NCBI GenBank assembly: GCA_028023455.1 | Contig: JAQFVV010000007.1 | Span: 7,068,001 to 7,132,000, forward strand | Source: Epiperipatus broadwayi | Taxonomy: Eukaryota; Animalia; Onychophora | DNA: 64,000 nt | Direction of reading: 5' to 3' | Notes under the pieces: model-generated | What the model was told of the DNA's origin: nothing | The model's database searches: none | Seen by the model: only the letters and a program-made list of their open reading frames with translations | In this document: piece by piece, positions 41,034 through 53,423 of the stretch | Layout: every line of letters begins with the position of its first letter | How positions within the stretch are numbered: position 1 is the first letter of the stretch | Made by a program: the position numbers and the translations under genes

Positions 41034-41625
41034 GAAAGTAGAAATTATTATATATTTTTTTTTATAAGTTTGGGTTCTTCATACTAGTTCAGCTGTAGAT
41101 AGAAAGTGAAAAAAAAACAATGCAAAAAACTTATTTTTATAGCCAAAATTTTTTCATTATGTGACAAACTCATGCAGACAAACTTAACAAAAGTTTTACT
41201 TTAGGGTTTTTTGCTTATCTCTTTCGTTTTTAATTAATATAATTTTTAACTTACAAAAGAAATAAATTAATCTTCCTAAAGATCTGTTTATCTGCTAACA
41301 AATGAGATAAATTAACATAAAAATTGCTTAAAAGCAAATCTTTTAACTTTTAGAGCAAAAATGTTACAACTTTACTTTTTTCTTTCTTTTTTCCTCACAA
41401 AGTTCAATAAATCTGTATAATGTTAATACACAGCCATGCAGGGCTTTACAAATATGTTAAATCTATCATTTTAAACAATTAATTAAATATAATTTTTAAA
41501 AAAGTATGATTTAATTTTTTTCTTTTTTTTTTATTAATATCCTTTTATTTTTTTAATGAGGTCATAATTAATGTGTTTAAACCCATGTAGCATAGTGTTC
41601 TGGTATTATATATATATATATAAAT

Positions 41626-41796
41626 ATGCAAAACCATAAAACAATACAGTACTAGATTAAATTCAAAATTTTACCAAAATCCTTACACAACCATGGTTTC
41701 ATCTACTACAAATAGGTAGATGAAACCATGGTTGTGTAAGGATTTTGGTAAAATTTTGAATTTAATCTAGTACTGTATTGTTTTATGGTTTTGCAT
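41626..41796. repeat. Perfect inverted repeat, 81-bp arms, 9-nt loop
   Basis: 41626-41706 is the exact reverse complement of 41716-41796; the loop is tacaaatag. Confidence 0.95.
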
Positions 41797-41832
41797 TTTT
41801 ATTTTTTGCTAGTATAGTGTTAGACAGTTTTG

Positions 41833-41837
<5 letters not shown>

Positions 41838-41905
<68 letters not shown>
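41838..41905. repeat. (TA)n microsatellite; other long runs at ~11358-11428, ~14479-14528 and ~22032-22083
   Basis: Read directly from the sequence. Confidence 0.95.
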
Positions 41906-41914
<9 letters not shown>

Positions 41915-42499
41915 AATTGCCCCAAACTCACAACTCAACTAGATTAGCCAAAAAATAAACTGTAGAGCACACCCAATGATTTCACAGCTACAAGCAGATT
42001 TCTCAAGTCTAAAGAACTACAAAATAACATATTAAAAAAAATATAAATATATATTATTTTGTAGTTCTTTACATTTGGCTAGTTTTGTTGAATAGTTTAA
42101 CTTTATGCTTTAAATGGTTTTGTTTTATTATTTATAAATAATTTAAAAATCACATAAACTTAAGCAGTTGTAAAAGACTAATGTATATATTTAGAAACAC
42201 ACTACGAATATCTTTATTTTCAAAATATTAAACTTAGAATGGCTAAATGAGAAATTAAAATCAATTAAAAAAAATCTGTATATATTTTTTTGCTTACCTG
42301 CTATGACATATTATTTGTGTGAACTTTGTGATTTCATAAAATAACATTTGTATAAATTATTCTGACAAGATTGATCGATCAATTTTAAGAAAACAAAATG
42401 GTTTATTAAAAGTAAGTTTAGTGTGTTAAAAAAAACAAGTAATTTTTTATCAATAAAAATTAATTTAAAAAATAATAAAACCACCACTACTGTAGTGGA

Positions 42500-43323
42500 C
42501 TGAATTTTTTGATAACATCCAAAATTTTGCTGAAAATGTGTTCCCTTTTTTATGAAGTCTTCCCCACATAAATTCTACTAAATATGAGTCAAGGTGCTGA
42601 TGCCCTGTTTCATTTTATTTTTTATTATGCCATTTGACTGAGCCTCAAAGTCTTTCTATACTCTGAGTATGTGCACTGGTTTTTGGATCCACAAAGTTGT
42701 ACATATGGTTTTCACACAAATGTTCTTATTTGGCAGTTCACAGTTCATCACTTTTGTAGAATTTCCAATAGTCTGAATAAATTTTCAACTCCTCTTCCAC
42801 ATTTTGTTTGATCATTTTCATCAGAAGTGCCATTATTCTGTCTGGGTTGTGATGAAACAGTTATCAGTCTCCATGCAGATCCCAGCAAACATTCACTGCC
42901 CTGAAAGTATTTATCTGGCTTAGTTTTTGTGGTTATTATAAAGGCTCTCATCTATCTTGACCATTTCGTTAAGACCTCCAATTTTACATTTTTCTCATGA
43001 TAAGATCATAGAAGCACATAATTCTCTCACATAGTTATTCCAGTCTTTTATGGTGTTATCAGACATACCCAGCCATGCTTTTCCCATTTCAAGCATGATA
43101 ATTCTTGGAACCAGCTATGAATAAAGCATAGCCCCATCACAAATGTTATTGTAGAATCCTTGAACCACATTCCCTTCTGAATGCCTACTTTACAATGATA
43201 ACCTCTAATGTTGAAATGCTATTGTTTATCTGAACTGTGGAGGTAAAAAAAAAAGACAAATCATGCTTGTTTCTGCAGACTTTTTGTGAGGACAGTAAAC
43301 CATACATTTGAAAAAAAGTGCAT
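42500..43323 (-). pseudogene. Merlin (IS1016/IS1595-like, ISXO2 domain) transposase, decayed
   Basis: The minus strand gives TIKDWNNYVRELC, KIGGLNEMVKIDES, FAGICMET..CF, YNFVDPKTSAHTQSIERL*GSVKW and HLDSYLVEFMW, the conserved Merlin/ISXO2 motifs, with stops and frameshifts. Confidence 0.88.
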
Positions 43324-46300
43324 GGCCTTGAACACAGTACAGGATAATTTCTAAATTTTGACCATATTCTAGAATACAGAACACAATAAAAAAATTCACT
43401 TTACAGCGATGTTAGCTTTAACATTTAAAGTAAGTTTACAGCAGTGTTAACTTTAACATGTACAGTAAGTGATGTATATACCTTATTTATCAATTAGTAA
43501 TACCAGCATAATTTCATGACATCACAGTATACTTTAAATTGCACGATACTTCAAGGCAGGTCTACTGCATAAGTACTGAAAATTTAAATATTGTCCTGTA
43601 ATTTTGAAAAACAAAGAATAGCTATTATATTTTTTGTAATTTTATTTTTGTCTAATTAAAGCATTGGTCATAAAACATTTTTTTTGAGGATTAGGATTAA
43701 ATTGAACCAATCTTGGTTAAGTTGAGAAGTAGAATGTTGAATCTTGGAGCTTCAAGTCTGTGAATTAAGTTACTAACTCTGCTACTTTGAATCTCAAATT
43801 ATAAACTCTTAGGCTGTAAACCATTTGAGTATTAATTTTAAATAAAATCAGCCCATTTGGAAAAAGAACAATAGGTTTAGAATTGGTAAAAACAGTGTAA
43901 ATAATGGAGAAAAAAATTAGAATATTTGGATTGCCTTAATGTTTAAATCAAAATATTGTGTTTGTATTTTTGGTTGTTCTGATAAAAAAAAAAACAAATT
44001 ATGAAGATATGTTTAATGCCATATTCAAAAGAATTAGTCTCCAATCAAAATTAATATTTTATCTTAACTGTTTGATAATGCAGTTTTTGAATGACAAAAT
44101 AAAGAACATTTAAACTATAATAATATCAGTAAATTCAAGAATGACTATGGGATGTGGGCATATATTATTGATGGTTTAGATTTTTGGCTAAGTATGAAAG
44201 CATTAGTGAAAGTTTCTAAGAAATAACTATTGCTTTAGAACAAAAAATGTCAGATAGGACTGGTTTCTATCCACTTTTTAACTATTTGTGAAATGATCCC
44301 AGACATCCAAAATATTTCCATGTTATCTTGATTATTATAGCATATTCTTCATCTCAATCCTATCACATTGCCATCATTCATTAGCTCAAAATCTCAGATG
44401 ACTACCTCTTTCATTATAAATATCTTTTGTGAACTATCTTTGCTTGTCTGATCAGCTGGAGTTTTAAATACTTGAATTTCTATACCCATGTTAACAGGTT
44501 GATGTTTAGCCACTATATTACTCTTTCACAGGTAGGGATATCTATCCACTTTTAATATTTTAAGAAAGACTGAATAATCAATAAACCACAGACATAACAA
44601 ATAAAATTACACCAGATTCAAAATTAAACAAGATTTTCCAAAGAAAATAAACTCTATAACACAATTTCCAATTTCATTCCTTACACCCTTAATATTAAAA
44701 GAACTCATAAACAAGGTAATTGCTTCAGAATCATAAATTCTAAATAATGATTCTTAATTCTTTTTTTATTTCATTTCTTTCAAGAAGACAACCTTAGCCT
44801 CATTAAAACTGTGACATGAATCTCTTTAATGGATACATAATGCAGAACTAGGGTATTTACTTTTAACCCTACTTTTATGTGCTTTTGTTCTTTTATTTAA
44901 GTTCAAACTACTCTAACCTATATATAACTTCTTGCAAAAACAAGAAATAATATATAGTATTTCAGGAATAGTCTTCCCATAAAAAATCTTTGTGTTATTT
45001 AATAAATTATTCAAAATAAAATAAAACCTATCTTCCAAGTAATTATCTTATTTTCAAACAATGTAATATTCTTATTTACAATTCTATAAAAAGCAAATTT
45101 AAAAGGCAAAGAAATAAAATTATATTTTTCTTTATCTTTCACATTATTGCAATTATTAACAGAACCATAATTACTATTAAATAAAATATCCTTAATATAT
45201 TAATCAGAATAGCCAGTACTCGAAAAATCTTTATAAAATTGACATTTTTCAAACAAAGCAATCGTATTGGAACTATTTTCCCTTGATTTCTGTAGCAATA
45301 ATTTTTTAAAGTAGCAATTTTAAGAGAGACACATTGATAGCTACCAATTTTTGATTCAACTTTTAGCTTATTATAAAAAGACTTGTTATTGCTACTCTCA
45401 CAACAAAAGCACACTGTGGAAGTTGTCATTCTGCAATACTCAAATATATTTAAAATCATGTCTACATCAATAAATCTATAACTATATTCATTCAAGTTTT
45501 TGATACAAACAGGATGCAAATAGCAGTAAGACCAAAAAAATGAGTTAAATCCATAACACAGCTGCACCACAAACAGTAGTTTATAATACACCAATTATAG
45601 TAATTGTGTAGTTAATAAACATTGAGACCCCTCCCCCAGTTTTTAACTAATATTTTTCTTGAAATAATCTCACAACTAGTGTGGAAACTGTAAAGGAATA
45701 AATCCATTAAAGTCATGGAGGAGTGATTAAAACAAATGATGCTGCCTCCTTTAGATTTTTTTTCAAATTAAAAAAATAATATATTAAAATGATTTGAGTT
45801 TGCTATTTTTAAAAAAAAATTAGCAAAATACCTAATAAACGGCTGTGTGACATAATTTAAAAGAACTTGATTGGATTTCTCTGACTAAAGGCTATCTTGT
45901 CATTTTAGTGAAGAGTTAAAATTTGAAAAAGAGGAGGGAATAAAAAATGAATTTCATTATAATAAACTAAGTAAAACTGTTATGTTCAATCTCCTACATG
46001 TTATCTCAACTATTACATTATAATGAAGCATATAATAATTAAATTATAAAATTTCAAAAACATGTACTGATAATTTCTTACATTAATACTAAAACAAATA
46101 CCATGGTATCAATGTTACATATAAAATAAAAATGTAGTTTTCCATAATTTTTTTTGCTAAAATTGTTTGTAAACTGTAAAAGAAAATTATTGTCATTGGG
46201 AAAATATACATATGCAAATTTTCAAATAGATCAGAAATTGGGAAGTAGATAAAAACTGATTTTCAAGATTTTATTTTCCCAGACTTAAAAAACAGTATCA

Positions 46301-46442
46301 ATTAGATAAAATTACATAAAAAATTGTGAATTGTTTTAATTAAATTTTAATAGCTCTATATTAAATTATGCCATGATTATACATCATATTGTCAAATGAG
46401 ATAAAGTTGAAAAAGACTGGACTTTCTACTGAAAAAAGTCTT

Positions 46443-46542
46443 GCATTGGTGGTCGAGAGGTCAGCATGACTGCTTTGCACTTGCAGGCAGTTGCCCGGGT
46501 TGCGGGTTTGCGTCCCGGCCGGTGCTATGACATTTAAAAAAA
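46443..46542 (+). mobile_element. tRNA-Gly-derived SINE-like repeat, copy 3
   Basis: gcattggtggtcgagaggtcagcatgactgc...gcccgggttgcgggtttgcgtcccggccggtgc-tatgaca-A-tail. Confidence 0.78.
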
Positions 46543-46719
46543 GAAGTTTTTAAGGTAGAAAAGTTAATACATATATATATTCAAAAAACACAAACAAATC
46601 ATATTATCACTCTTTAGCCTCTGTTTAAATTCCGAAATAGCCAATTCCCATATATATATATGCATTTAAAACAAATTTGATTGATAAATAATAACAATAA
46701 ATCCCAAACTTTCCATTTA

Positions 46720-47540
46720 AACAGTATAATAAGACAGAAGCACTCTCCATCTTAATGCCAACTTGGCTTCAAAACCTTAGGCTGATGTGGATTTCAAGTT
46801 TTTAGCTTGATAGATAAAATGAAGTTAAAATGATTACAGGAGAAATGGCTACTTTCTTTCCAACATAAAATCCCAAGCTCATTGCAAAAGGCAAATTCCA
46901 AAACATCCGTCCGAAGATAAGAGAATTAAATACTGGAGATAGAAGTTTATATCTGTAGTAATCACTGATTATGCAAGTTTATCATTAGATGGCAATAGAG
47001 TAGAGAAATGTTTTTGTCTTACTTGATTGCTGTATGATGCTTAAATGAGTTTTTAACTTTTCCGATAAGCTGCTAGACACGAATTTTCTCAAATGAAATT
47101 GGTGATCAGGATGAACAGTTTCTATTTACTTCGATGTTAAAATCATTATAAAATTAAACCAGTTGTAAACTAAAAGATCAGTTTCGGCTTTTACACAGAC
47201 ATTTAAAAACCCTCCCCTTTCTAAAACTGAAAACTTATTGCAGTGACTTCAAAATTAAACTCTTAAAAACTTTAAAAGTCAAGGTAACCTCTAAGAGTTC
47301 TTAAAAATGACAAGTGAAATAAATCAGTAAGCATTTCAATGCCAAATCAATCCAACTTGATATAGCCATCTGTCAGAAACCAAAGAAATGCCAATAGTTT
47401 TAACTTTATGAAAATTTTCCCCCTTTCTTATTTAAACTTTAAAAAAGCTTTTTTTGCTTGGATACAAAATCTTTAAAATTTTTGATTCTTATACGCTGAA
47501 GTAAGCAGTCATGAAATAACTTATTCGATAACAAAAGAAT
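46720..47540 (-). pseudogene. Possible hAT-type transposase remnant
   Basis: Weak motifs only: ..SDRW (compare TRW) and DYYRYKLL.PVF.SLI (compare the YYR..P.LD motif of hAT transposases). It is heavily disrupted. Confidence 0.3.
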
Positions 47541-48463
47541 TACTCAATAACTCAACTCAATAGACATTTTTTTTCTAAGTACATAACTCTTGCAAGACTA
47601 ACTTGAAAATATAAGTTAATTTTTCTATAATGCAGGGGCTGAAACATCCAGAGTTTCAAAAATAACTTCAATGCACAATTTATACATGTAAACCTAGATG
47701 TACAGATACATCCATACACATATACTGAATTCAATAATTATTATGCTTGAGAACCTAAAGATTTAGATTGTTTATGATTCAAATGTACCGCAAAATAATG
47801 TATACAAGAAATTTTTATTTTTAAGATTTATTGATTAATTTCAATAAAAATATAAAAATCATATCACAATTAATGTATATAAAATATAAACATTCAGGTG
47901 ATTGATATTCTAGCTCACCTAAAGATGTAACGCGAAAGGAAACCATAATGAGAGAGAGTAGTTTGAATTTCCATGTTGATGGAAGACTCGGTCATGAAGT
48001 TAAAAAAAAAGTACTGATAAAAACCAAAAAATTTAAAATACATAAAACTCCATTAACAAACATGTTAAAAGTGTTAGGGCAGCCAAATGTACCAGATTGG
48101 CTAAAGAGTCTTATCCATGCTCTAGCTGGGTGTCCAAATATACCAAGTGGGATTCAAACTAGCCTAAACAGACTCCATTTGAGCGACCACACATAAATGA
48201 TTACCTATATTTACCCCACATATATACTTTTGACAGATAGATTAACAGAACCACAATCCTTCTGGCAGTTAACTCCTTTCTTTTAATGAAGTGAAATTTA
48301 CAATGTTCAAACCCATGTTACACAATGTATGGGTATAATATATATGCAAAAAATATTATATATTTATGTAAAATGTATGTTGAAATGTTTATCAACAAAC
48401 ATTTGATTTGTTAGTCAAGACCAGTAGTTACATATAAAGTTGAACATAACACTGTATTTATTA

Positions 48464-49443
48464 ATCATCAACCATTATCAATCCACTGCAGGAGGAAGGT
48501 CTCTCCAAGTTCAATCCATCTTCTCTGATCTTTAGCTTCTTTGCTCCACATCACCCCTGCACACTTTCTTACTTCATCCATCCATATCACATATGGTTTC
48601 TTTCTGGGTCTTTTACAATCTCTTGTAATCCAGTTTAAGATTTCAATTGTCTATTGTCATCTCTTCTAGCAATATATTCAGCCCAACTCCCACTTCAGTC
48701 TTGTAATTTTTTCAATGAGATCAGTAACACCTGTTTGTTCTTTTACCCATATATTGCATTTTTGATCTCTTCTTGTTACTCCTAACATTCATCTTTCCAT
48801 ACTTCTTTGAATAGTCTGAAGTCACAATATTGCTCTTCTATTAAGTGTCCAAATCTCAGATCCATAAGTAAGAACTGGTAAAACATATTTATTAAAAACC
48901 TTCCTTTTCAAACACATAAGCATATTTCCTTTTAATATCAAATTATTTCCACTAAAAGCACTCCAACCAAGTTTAATTCTATGATAAATTTCATCCATTA
49001 TGTTTCCATCTGTATTAATAATCTGATCAAAGTATTTATAGCTGTTAACTTCTTCTAACTCATCATAATCAATCTTTAATTTCATATTTTGAGAAAATTC
49101 ATTGAACATTACTTGAGTCTTTTTAACATTTATCTTTAGTCCTACTTTCATCTGATAACTCCTGCAACATTTCCTGAAGCTCTAAAGCATTATTTGCAAA
49201 AACAACTACATCATCTGCAAAATCTAAATGACTTAAATCATTTCCATTTACTTTCACTCCTTTAGCTTCCCATTTTAATCCACAAAATACTTATTTGCAG
49301 CACTGCTGTAAAAGGTTTTGGAGATATGGAGTCACCCTGTCTTACATCTTTCTCAATGTCAACTTTTCTAATATCATTATGTAATCTAATTGTTGCTGTT
49401 GCATTTTTATAAATATTCTTCAAAATATGACAATATCCTGGAT
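48464..49443 (-). mobile_element. 5'-truncated copy of the RTE family (RT C-terminal half plus 3' UTR)
   Basis: VRQGDSISPK.F, DFADDVV and KVGLKINVKKTQVM..KLGWSAF..LPVLTYGSEIW; colinear with ~13250-14129. Confidence 0.9.
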
Positions 49444-50412
49444 ATATATGTATATTGACAGTATTCCAATATAAATTTATATATTTTAAAAAATATGTTT
49501 GAAGACATAATATACTAAAAGTTATATGAACTAATTGGAATGTTTTATTGTAATAATAATGGTTATTAAAATTATATTTTATAAAATGTAATATCAGGGT
49601 AATAATTCTTAATCAAAAAGTATTTACCTTTAACATGCACTGTTTAGTCGTGTTACTAACTCATTAATGTTATAGTGAGTATACAGGACACTCTCAAACC
49701 CAAATGCAAAATACTTTTAAAAAAAGAATGACCATCTTATTTTTGTACCTAAATGCAATTACATAGGCCAATCTAAACCATTTCAGAATGAAAGCATGAA
49801 GATTTATTCTTCATAATGTTATGTCCATTACATTATTAATTTATAGTTAAATTCAATGAAATTTTCAAATTCATGGCTGGTGAATATTAGATGATGTTAG
49901 AATCAATTTGAAAATTTTTCTGAATTTAACTATAAATTAAAAATATGAATGTAAAATTGCCAAGATTAAATTTCCATGCTGTCACTCCAAAATACTTTAG
50001 AATGGCCTACATAACTGCATTTACATATAAAGATAAGATATTTGTTCTTATCTTTTAAAAGTTTCTATCTTGTGTTTGGGTTTAATAGTGTTATGCACAC
50101 TCACTTTAACACTGGTGAGTTAATAACATGACTAAAGAGTGCATGTCAAAGGCTGATTACTTTTTTATTAAGCATTTTAAAAAAAATTGCACTTGTAAAT
50201 TATGTTATTATTAAATCAGGGTAATAGTATATACTAGCATTGACACAGATAAGGCCAGTGGACATGCTTTAAAGGAATATATTTTAGATAAAGATGGAAT
50301 AAATACTTTTTAAAATTATTACATCTTTAATACTGCAATTAATATATCAATTTAATAATAAATTTTACAAGTAACAATCAAAAATGTATTGGTAATTATT
50401 ATTATTTTTATA

Positions 50413-50495
50413 TGTCAAAGCATTGACTGGGAGGTGAATCCGGGCCAACTGCTTGGAAGGCAGCTATGCTAACTGCTAGGCCACCAATGCTTGAC
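50413..50495 (-). mobile_element. tRNA-Gly-derived SINE-like repeat, copy 4 (closest to tRNA-Gly TCC)
   Basis: The minus strand reads gtcaa-gcattggtggcctagcagttagcatagctgccttccaagcagttggcccggattcacctcccagtcaatgc-tttgaca; the D and T arms are degenerate. Confidence 0.8.
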
Positions 50496-51196
50496 TATTG
50501 ATAATTATTTTGATGATTATATTATTAATTTATATATGAGACAGTTTGAAGATATGTATTTTGAAAATGATATATACAAAGCAGTATTTTATAAAAGATA
50601 TGAGGTAATTGTAGCATAATTTTTAAAAGATAGAAAACAAATCATAAAAATATATAATTACATTATTAATAAAAATAAGAGTGATTCTAAAATTCAAGAA
50701 GTTAATAACAACATAAATTTTACAAACACATTAAATAACTACCACAACACAACACATTCTTTTGGAATCATATGAATACAAATGCAATAAAAGACAAATG
50801 ACACCCAAGATCCATTTTGTGCTGAATCAGTACTCATCAGTTGGCCTAGATCATCATCTCTTATATATATATCTTTATCATATATATATTATTTATCAAT
50901 AGTAAATTGTTACATTTTGATTTATAAGTGTCAAACTTACTTCACCCACAACATTGACAACATTCATTCTTTTGACTACAGATATAATAAAACGTTTGTA
51001 TATAAACTATGCAATGAGTCTCATAGCGAGTTTATATATTGGAATTTGGATACAAATATTAGAATTAATATTTTAACAATTAGAATAAAAATAGCAAAAA
51101 AATATGTTTATTCAAATAAAAGTAATCACAAACAAAATTGATAATGTATTGAGATACTACAATGTTAAAATAATATTCTTATGAACAACAAATTAA

Positions 51197-51554
51197 CAAA
51201 GGCAAAACTCTCCATATAGTAGTGCCACTCAGTACAAGCCAGAGTAATCAATGGATGCCAGAAGGCTTGTGCATAAAATCCCTATCTAGTGCCTACTCAT
51301 CCAATATCCCCAAACTAGTTTCTAGCTTGTGGCTTTCGTCAGTGCTCTCAGATCCAAGGCTCCTCACTGTCAAAAGCCACAAGATAGAAACTAATCTGGG
51401 GATATTGGATGAGTAGGCAGGCACTAGATAGGAATTTTATGCACAAGTCTGGCATCCAGTAATTAATCTGGCTTGCACTGAGTGGCACTATTGTATGGAG
51501 AGTTTTGCCTGTTTTAATAACAGTTATGAACAAGCATAAAAAATGGAGATCATG
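51197..51554. mobile_element. Hairpin repeat family copy C, flanked by a 15-bp direct repeat
   Basis: Palindrome homologous to 28603-28988; tgaacaacaaattaa occurs on both sides. Confidence 0.85.
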
Positions 51555-51937
51555 TGAACAACAAATTAATAATATTCTGATCATTTATCTAAAGATGTAT
51601 TTTTTTTTCAGCTTCAGGAATATATGAGATCCCCTGTGAAATGTGCTAAATCAGGAATATAGAAAAATAAATAATCACCACATTATTACAAGAAGTGAAG
51701 AGCAAGATAATGCAATAAAACAACATTTAGCATCATCATCATTTCATTACCACATTTTAAATGGGTAATGGATGCATGTCTTTGAATTCAAAATCCTACT
51801 CAGATACAGAAATCACCATCAAACAATATTTAGAGACCACAGATATTTTAAAGGGACTGAACAGTAATACAAATATAATGAAACAGCCAAATTATTATCT
51901 AAGTGGAAAATGTTTTTTTACATAAATAAATAAACAT

Positions 51938-52527
51938 GGTACTTATGAGTTTTCCTGTAAACCAAGATGGGAGCTCATATTTTTAATAATTGTATGTACA
52001 GTTTTGGGCTTGTTTAGAGCTATTAGCATGCTCATTATATTACTTTTGTAGTATAAGCTTAATAAATTGTCATGTGTGTGTATGACTTGATTTTCTTCCT
52101 ATTATGGTACAAGACATTCTTAACATTGTTGTACTTTGGTTCAATTTGCATGTTTCTTTTTGCCATCAGTTTTTTTGGGGGATAAATTGTCATAATGATA
52201 AAAATTTGGGAACTTCCTGTCATAGATATGTGCATTAATGGTCACGATATGATTGCACACAGAAGGGTAAACATTGTATTTATATATTTTTTTTATTTTT
52301 CTGTTAATAAGTTAATCTAAAAAAAAAAAAAAAGAAAATAAACTGTAAATATTGTAATTAATTTTTTCACAATGATTTATTTTTTTAAAATAACAGTAAT
52401 AAAAAATAAAATGTAAATATTAAATACAATGTTTCCTAGCAGACATTTTTTTGTAAACATTTTATGGGCAGGCCCTGAAACTGTAGCTTATCAATAATTC
52501 AGGCTATCTTGAAAACTCACACGTGCC
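51938..52527. mobile_element. Non-autonomous DNA transposon, Merlin-type ends, 8-bp TSD, copy 2
   Basis: TIRs ggtacttatgagttttc / gaaaactcacacgtgcc; exact TSD ataaacat at 51930-51937 and 52528-52535. Confidence 0.85.
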
Positions 52528-52987
52528 ATAAACATAATAAAACAACCAAATTATTATCTAAGTGGAAAATGTTTCTTTACATAAATAAAGAAAAACTGTC
52601 AATTAATGTTTAATTCAACTAATTCATTCTCAACCCCATAAGTTGAATTATCAATCTTTGTTTCTCATTATTTATATTTTGATTGAACAAAAATAAGTCT
52701 TTGTTATATTTTGTTTCATAATTTAACATGTACTTTTTTTTTTTACAATTCTTAATTAATTTTTTACAACTTTCTATATCTCTGTAACTTTTACCCAGTA
52801 AAACTTAAGAAATTATAAATTTTCATATTATGGATGGTTATTTTTGAGAGCTTCCATAAATATATCTTTTGCCCATAAAAGTCTTATTTGGGTCACCCCA
52901 TATATTATACTTACATTTTAATTTCCAATGTTTATAGTCATTTTGGTCAAGACTAAAAATTTAATGAAGAAATATTATGTCTTAAGT

Positions 52988-53423
52988 CAGGGGTAGGCAA
53001 ATAGTGGCCCATGGGACACTATTTGCAGCCTGCTAAGAGTTGGCCCATCAAGACAGTCAGAAAAATCTGCCTTGAACCAAGATTTCCTTCCCATGTGTGA
53101 CCGAAGTCATCTCATATTTTCCACTAGGATGGCCATGAACAGTGTAGATGCGATACACAGTGCTTTCCCAGTTGATTTGGTTAATTTCAATTTTGTTTTT
53201 GCAACAATAAATATATAAATTTCCATCTTTAGTGAAACCACGAACCCTCTGAAAAACATAAAATCGGTGAGAATGTCATGTGTTTATTGAGGAATCGACA
53301 AGCAAATATTTTTTTTTGGTAATAAGGGAAATAAAGCAGTGTGTTTATTGTGTCATGAAAAAAAAGTGTAGCCCTCTGCTAACCTCCACTTCCATAAAGT
53401 GGCCTTCGAGCCAAAACAATTGC
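52988..53423. mobile_element. hAT (Charlie-like) non-autonomous element with a decayed right end
   Basis: Starts caggggtaggcaaa..gtggccc and ends aaagtggccttcgagccaaaacaattgc, as in Charlie-type termini. Confidence 0.55.

Noticed and set aside
50413-50495. Possible functional tRNA-Gly(TCC) gene
   Set aside because: The anticodon arm is intact, but the D and T arms and the B-box are degenerate, and it shares leader and trailer with four other decayed copies.
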